Of a DNA stretch of 64,000 nucleotides, positions 61,787 through 64,000 are shown one piece after another. The translations under genes and the position numbers were made by a program. The notes below the pieces were generated by a model, which made no database searches, was not told the DNA's origin, and saw nothing but the letters and a program-made list of their open reading frames with translations. Source of the DNA: the human T2T-CHM13v2.0 reference genome, Homo sapiens; assembly GCA_009914755.4 (NCBI GenBank), contig CP068257.2, forward strand, positions 23,968,001-24,032,000, written 5' to 3'. Every line of letters starts with the position of its first letter. Position 1 is the stretch's first letter.

Positions 61787-63328
61787 TGGTTTAGTAAGTA
61801 ACAAATACCTGTGGAATAATTATTTCTCTATCCCTGACCCAAACAGCCCCTGAGAAATCTGGGTGTGTATCAGCTGTTAGGGTGTTTTGTGCAGAGATGC
61901 ACAGATTCTCACAGAATTTCAGAACCAGAGTTCAAATCCAGGTTCAGAGACTCAGTTTTAACCACTTGCCCAGAGCTGATCAAACTCTGGAGAAATGATT
62001 TACAATACCTAATCTTAAAAATGATTTATTTGACAAGTAAATGAGTAAGTATATTTCTAGTGAGAAATAGAACTGCCAAATGCTGGCAGTGGTTCTGTAC
62101 TTTTAATCTTTAAAAGCTGTATCTAGGTCTAGGAGTTAGGTAACTACAATTTCAGATTAAAGAGCAATGAATAATCCTAATTTATATAGCTCTCAAAGTC
62201 TGATGCACCATCTCTGCTGTAGAGGTGCGCCTATACACAACGCAGACCATGTCTCATTAGTAAGGAGGGCACCCAGGCTTGTTGTTCTTTCTCTCTTTGC
62301 CATTACGCCAAGTGTCTGTTTTGATGTCTGACATCTTTCATATTCTTCTACTATCCACTAATGAAGTGTTAGGGCCATCGTTTTGTTTTCTGGTAACTTA
62401 CTCTTAAGGAGAAGCAATTAGAACACAGAATGGCCAATAACCATGGCTTCCACTGAGTATGTGGCTCTTATTAGCATCCATTTTGGAAGGGGTATTTCCT
62501 TATTTTGTCTTGATAGTCTACTAGATTTGAATTGACTGTTGCCGTCTATCTAAAATCTATAGTTAATGTCACAGGTAAATGAATTGTGTTTGGCTGAGAT
62601 TGTCACTTGGGGAAAATCAAAGACTACAGAATCCTAAAATGGCTTCTTCATGTCTGATGAGGAGTGCCTGGTGAGACATTCAGCCACTGATGGTTTTCCT
62701 GTACCACTGGCTACCATTACACAATTGAACATGTGCAGGACAATTTTTTTTGAAATTTTTGGGAATTTATTTTACTTCGAGAAGTTAATTTAATTACTTC
62801 ATCTCTTTCTAATATCACTGAAAAATTTTAATCTAGTTGTTTGTGCAATGGAATGCCCTGGAAGTTTTCCTGAACTTAGTAATGCATGTAACTTATATGA
62901 AAATAACTTTATCCTCAATTCTGAATCATCAGTAGTCCCTCTTATACTTAAGTTGTCGAAGAACCAGAAAAGGGAGAGGGCATAAAACTTTTGTGCATAA
63001 ATATACACGGTTTATTCAAATTAGTTCATTCACCATAAACGTTTACTCATTAACACTGTCTCTGTTAAGATGGAAATTTGTAGTATACTCTCTGAATAAT
63101 ATCTTTACAACCCTAAAGGTTGAAAATGGCTATGAAGCCATTACAGTGTGTCTGGCGGTCTTATGTCTGGAGCTACTTTCTCATAATGCCTTGTACTGAT
63201 TTGAGGGCAGGGAGAGAGGAAAGGGGACTGTGGAGCAGACTAAGCAGATGGACATCTTGGCTTCCCTGCTTTCTAAAACACTGTGACCTCCAGCAACTTA
63301 TTTAACTACTCTCAATTGTCATATCTCT

Positions 63329-64000
<672 letters not shown>

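Overview
No prokaryotic-type system is present, and I do not see a previously undescribed system in this window. It is primate, almost certainly human, nuclear genomic DNA. The six-frame ORF track is uninformative here, because nearly every listed ORF is a translation of an Alu, an L1/LTR remnant or the CpG island. The one gene feature is a CpG-island promoter with the first coding exon of a type-I membrane protein that I recognise as JAM2 (junctional adhesion molecule B, chr21q21.3, + strand). The exon starts at ATG 29363, encodes MARRSRHRLLLLLLRYLVVALG, and ends at 29429 in phase 1 at a near-consensus CTgtaagt donor (intron starts at 29430). The window therefore spans about 29 kb of 5' intergenic sequence, the promoter and exon 1, and about 34.5 kb of intron 1. 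I did not find exon 2, and found no other protein-coding exon, RNA gene, CRISPR array or operon. About half of the window is interspersed repeats. These comprise more than 35 Alu elements, many with identifiable target-site duplications. They also comprise an L1PA 3' fragment, two older L1 fragments, about 12 ERVL/MaLR-type solo LTRs (MLT1-, MLT2/MST- and THE1-like), MIR and L2 fragments, a degenerate ERV pol remnant (integrase plus dUTPase-like) and a DNA-transposon remnant. Microsatellites ((GT)n, (CT)n, (GA)n, (TA)n) and a 128-bp polypyrimidine tract in intron 1 are also present. The things worth a second look are structural. Two tandem Alus carry a 13-mer flank copied three times. A duplicated LTR+MIR block arrangement occurs twice. 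There are nested insertions with clean target-site duplications. The polypyrimidine mirror tract lies next to the promoter. The CpG island extends well beyond exon 1. All coordinates were read by eye and may be off by a few bases. Family names for the LTRs are from memory of consensus sequences and should be confirmed with RepeatMasker/Dfam.
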